From an uncultured Pseudomonadales bacterium (lineage in GTDB: Bacteria; Patescibacteriota; Microgenomatia; UBA1400; PJMF01), in NCBI GenBank assembly GCA_964620965.1, contig CAZUHV010000001.1, positions 445,171-509,170 on the forward strand: a stretch of DNA of 64,000 bases, read 5' to 3'. Made by a program: the position numbers and the translations under genes. Under the pieces are notes generated by a model, which saw nothing but the letters and a program-made list of their open reading frames with translations, was not told where the DNA came from and made no database searches. Of this stretch, positions 62,426-64,000 are shown piece after piece; position 1 is the stretch's first letter; each line of letters starts with the position of its first letter.

Positions 62426-62872
62426 TTAATAGCCAGCAAACTCAGTTGCTAAAATAGACTCAACTTGTAGCCATTCACCTTTATCAATCAGCTCTTCGCA
62501 GTTGTCAAGTAAAAGTTGTTTATCTGTTTCACCTTCAGAAAAAACTCTTAATTGATTTATTCTTCCTTCAACTAGAACAGCCTTATTTTCTAGAATTTTT
62601 TCTTCATACATCTCTTCAAAGTTTGGAACAGCATCATTCAAAAAGGTAACAAATTGTTGTTCTGTCGTGTCTTCGTTTTCTAGAAGTTCTCCTAACTCAA
62701 CCAGTTGTTCATCAGTTAATAAGTCGGTTATTTCTTCATCAATAAATTCTGACCAAATTTGAGAAGCTAGCTCAGAGGCTTTTTCTGGAAAATCTGAATC
62801 TTCTGCACTAACTCCCATAATCGACTGAACTGAGAGGTTCGCAAGTTGTTGCTGTGGAAGTGTTAAGTTCAT
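62426..62872 (-). CDS. Acidic hypothetical protein
   Basis: 148 aa, very acidic. Confidence 0.35.
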   Translation of the reverse strand: MNLTLPQQQLANLSVQSIMGVSAEDSDFPEKASELASQIWSEFIDEEITDLLTDEQLVELGELLENEDTTEQQFVTFLNDAVPNFEEMYEEKILENKAVLVEGRINQLRVFSEGETDKQLLLDNCEELIDKGEWLQVESILATEFAGY

Positions 62873-62887
62873 ATTTTTAATCTTTCA

Positions 62888-64000
62888 TTAACCATTAGCT
62901 ATATCCATTATCTCTTGGAATAATTGAGGATTTCTATTAAGTTCATCAATTGTGCTTGAAACAACTCCTTCTGTAGAATTAAGATGTATCAATACTTCTT
63001 GAATATCAGTTAGTTCTTTACCTGCATTAAAAGCATTTATGGCTTCATCTATTTGAGGGGCAAGATTTTCAATTTGGTCTTCAGAAAAGAACCAGCCAAC
63101 CGCACCATCAGGAAGAGTTCCGCCTAATTCATGAGGAATTGCAAATGAAGAATCAGCTCTTATAGTGCCCACATCCACATTTGCGTTAAGTGCTCTATAG
63201 AGGTTTTTAATAACATTTGTTGTTCCATTAATGTTTGTTACCTCAAGTGCATTATTGTGCCTAATTGAGCTCATAATAGCATCCCAAGGAAGCTTATCAT
63301 TGCCAAGATCTCTAAGCTCTGCTGCAGATTCTGACAAAACTGTTGGTGTTTCAGCTGTTGTAGTCGAGCTAGGAACCCCAACATGAGTAACTGTTTCAGG
63401 AGTGTGTTCCACAGGTGGAACTTCAGTACTGGAAGGTACATCAGTTGCATCTTGATCGTCAGGAACTTTTGGAAATTTGTCAGTTTCAACAGAATGGTGC
63501 ATTTCTGAATCTTCAACATCAGAGCTAGCAACACTGTCTAAATCTTCGCTTTGAACCTGCTGATCAACTTCTTGTGTATGCTCAGCCTTGAATTTTTCAG
63601 CATCAAAATGTGCAATTTTATCTACAAGCTTAGTAATAAATCCAGCAGTAACAAATGTTGCTACTGCAGAACCAGATACTGCAAATGTCTTTCGCAGTTT
63701 ATCCTTACCTTTTCTGTCAACATCATTGTATTCTTCATCCCAATCTTTTTTAAATCCTTCTTGGTTCCAAGAAATACTTGATTTTATTTGTCCAGATTGA
63801 ACAAGCTCGTTCAAAACTCTGTGTAATTGAGCCATCATTTCTGGAGTATGTGCTTTATTTACTTTATTCCATCCAGATCCTTCTTGACCATATACATCTA
63901 TATCTCCATAATTTCCCATTACTCTTAAACGAGCTAACGTCTTACCTAAGTTTAATACATCGTTTGTATCAATTTTTCTATTAGTAAATGCAGCAAGAAT
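62888..64000 (-). CDS. Hypothetical protein, 5' end truncated by window edge
   Basis: The reading frame stays open to the window end, upstream of the annotated ATG at 63919. Confidence 0.4.
   Translation of the reverse strand: MLAAFTNRKIDTNDVLNLGKTLARLRVMGNYGDIDVYGQEGSGWNKVNKAHTPEMMAQLHRVLNELVQSGQIKSSISWNQEGFKKDWDEEYNDVDRKGKDKLRKTFAVSGSAVATFVTAGFITKLVDKIAHFDAEKFKAEHTQEVDQQVQSEDLDSVASSDVEDSEMHHSVETDKFPKVPDDQDATDVPSSTEVPPVEHTPETVTHVGVPSSTTTAETPTVLSESAAELRDLGNDKLPWDAIMSSIRHNNALEVTNINGTTNVIKNLYRALNANVDVGTIRADSSFAIPHELGGTLPDGAVGWFFSEDQIENLAPQIDEAINAFNAGKELTDIQEVLIHLNSTEGVVSSTIDELNRNPQLFQEIMDIANG

Overview
This is a low-GC (about one third G+C), very gene-dense bacterial chromosomal segment, with most genes on the minus strand. 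The gene content and several stripped-down or fused architectures suggest a small-genome, Gram-positive-type or Patescibacteria/CPR-like organism; that lineage call is inference. The supporting architectures are an intein-containing SufB, a minimal SufD, an IF-2 that starts at its G domain, a Cys-free DnaJ, an LPxTG protein, a fused TsaC-TsaE, and a PheRS core carrying a C-terminal ferredoxin-fold anticodon-binding-like domain. Recognisable content: a pentose-phosphate trio (pfkB, rpe, rpiB); a ferredoxin with an FNR-type reductase; a SUF Fe-S operon (sufC, NUDIX, hypothetical, sufB with intein, short sufD, a large antisense ABC-type gene, sufS, sufU); sodA; pnp, rpsO, nusA-infB; the PheRS-like gene; a sugar-modification cluster (DegT, epimerase, WbqC-like, Pol-beta-type NTase, DegT-like); hrcA-grpE-dnaK-dnaJ and groES-groEL, each preceded by the same CIRCE-like inverted repeat; ftsH, trpS, a Xer-type recombinase, two tRNA-Met(CAT) genes (one initiator-like), t6A genes and yidC. 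No rRNA, CRISPR array or reverse transcriptase was seen. The most unusual elements are listed first in the findings. They are the large ABC-ATPase-containing ORF inserted antisense in the suf operon, a GC-rich secreted-protein gene behind a long highly structured leader, the monomeric-type PheRS, and the tRNA locus with a duplicated tRNA 3' end.
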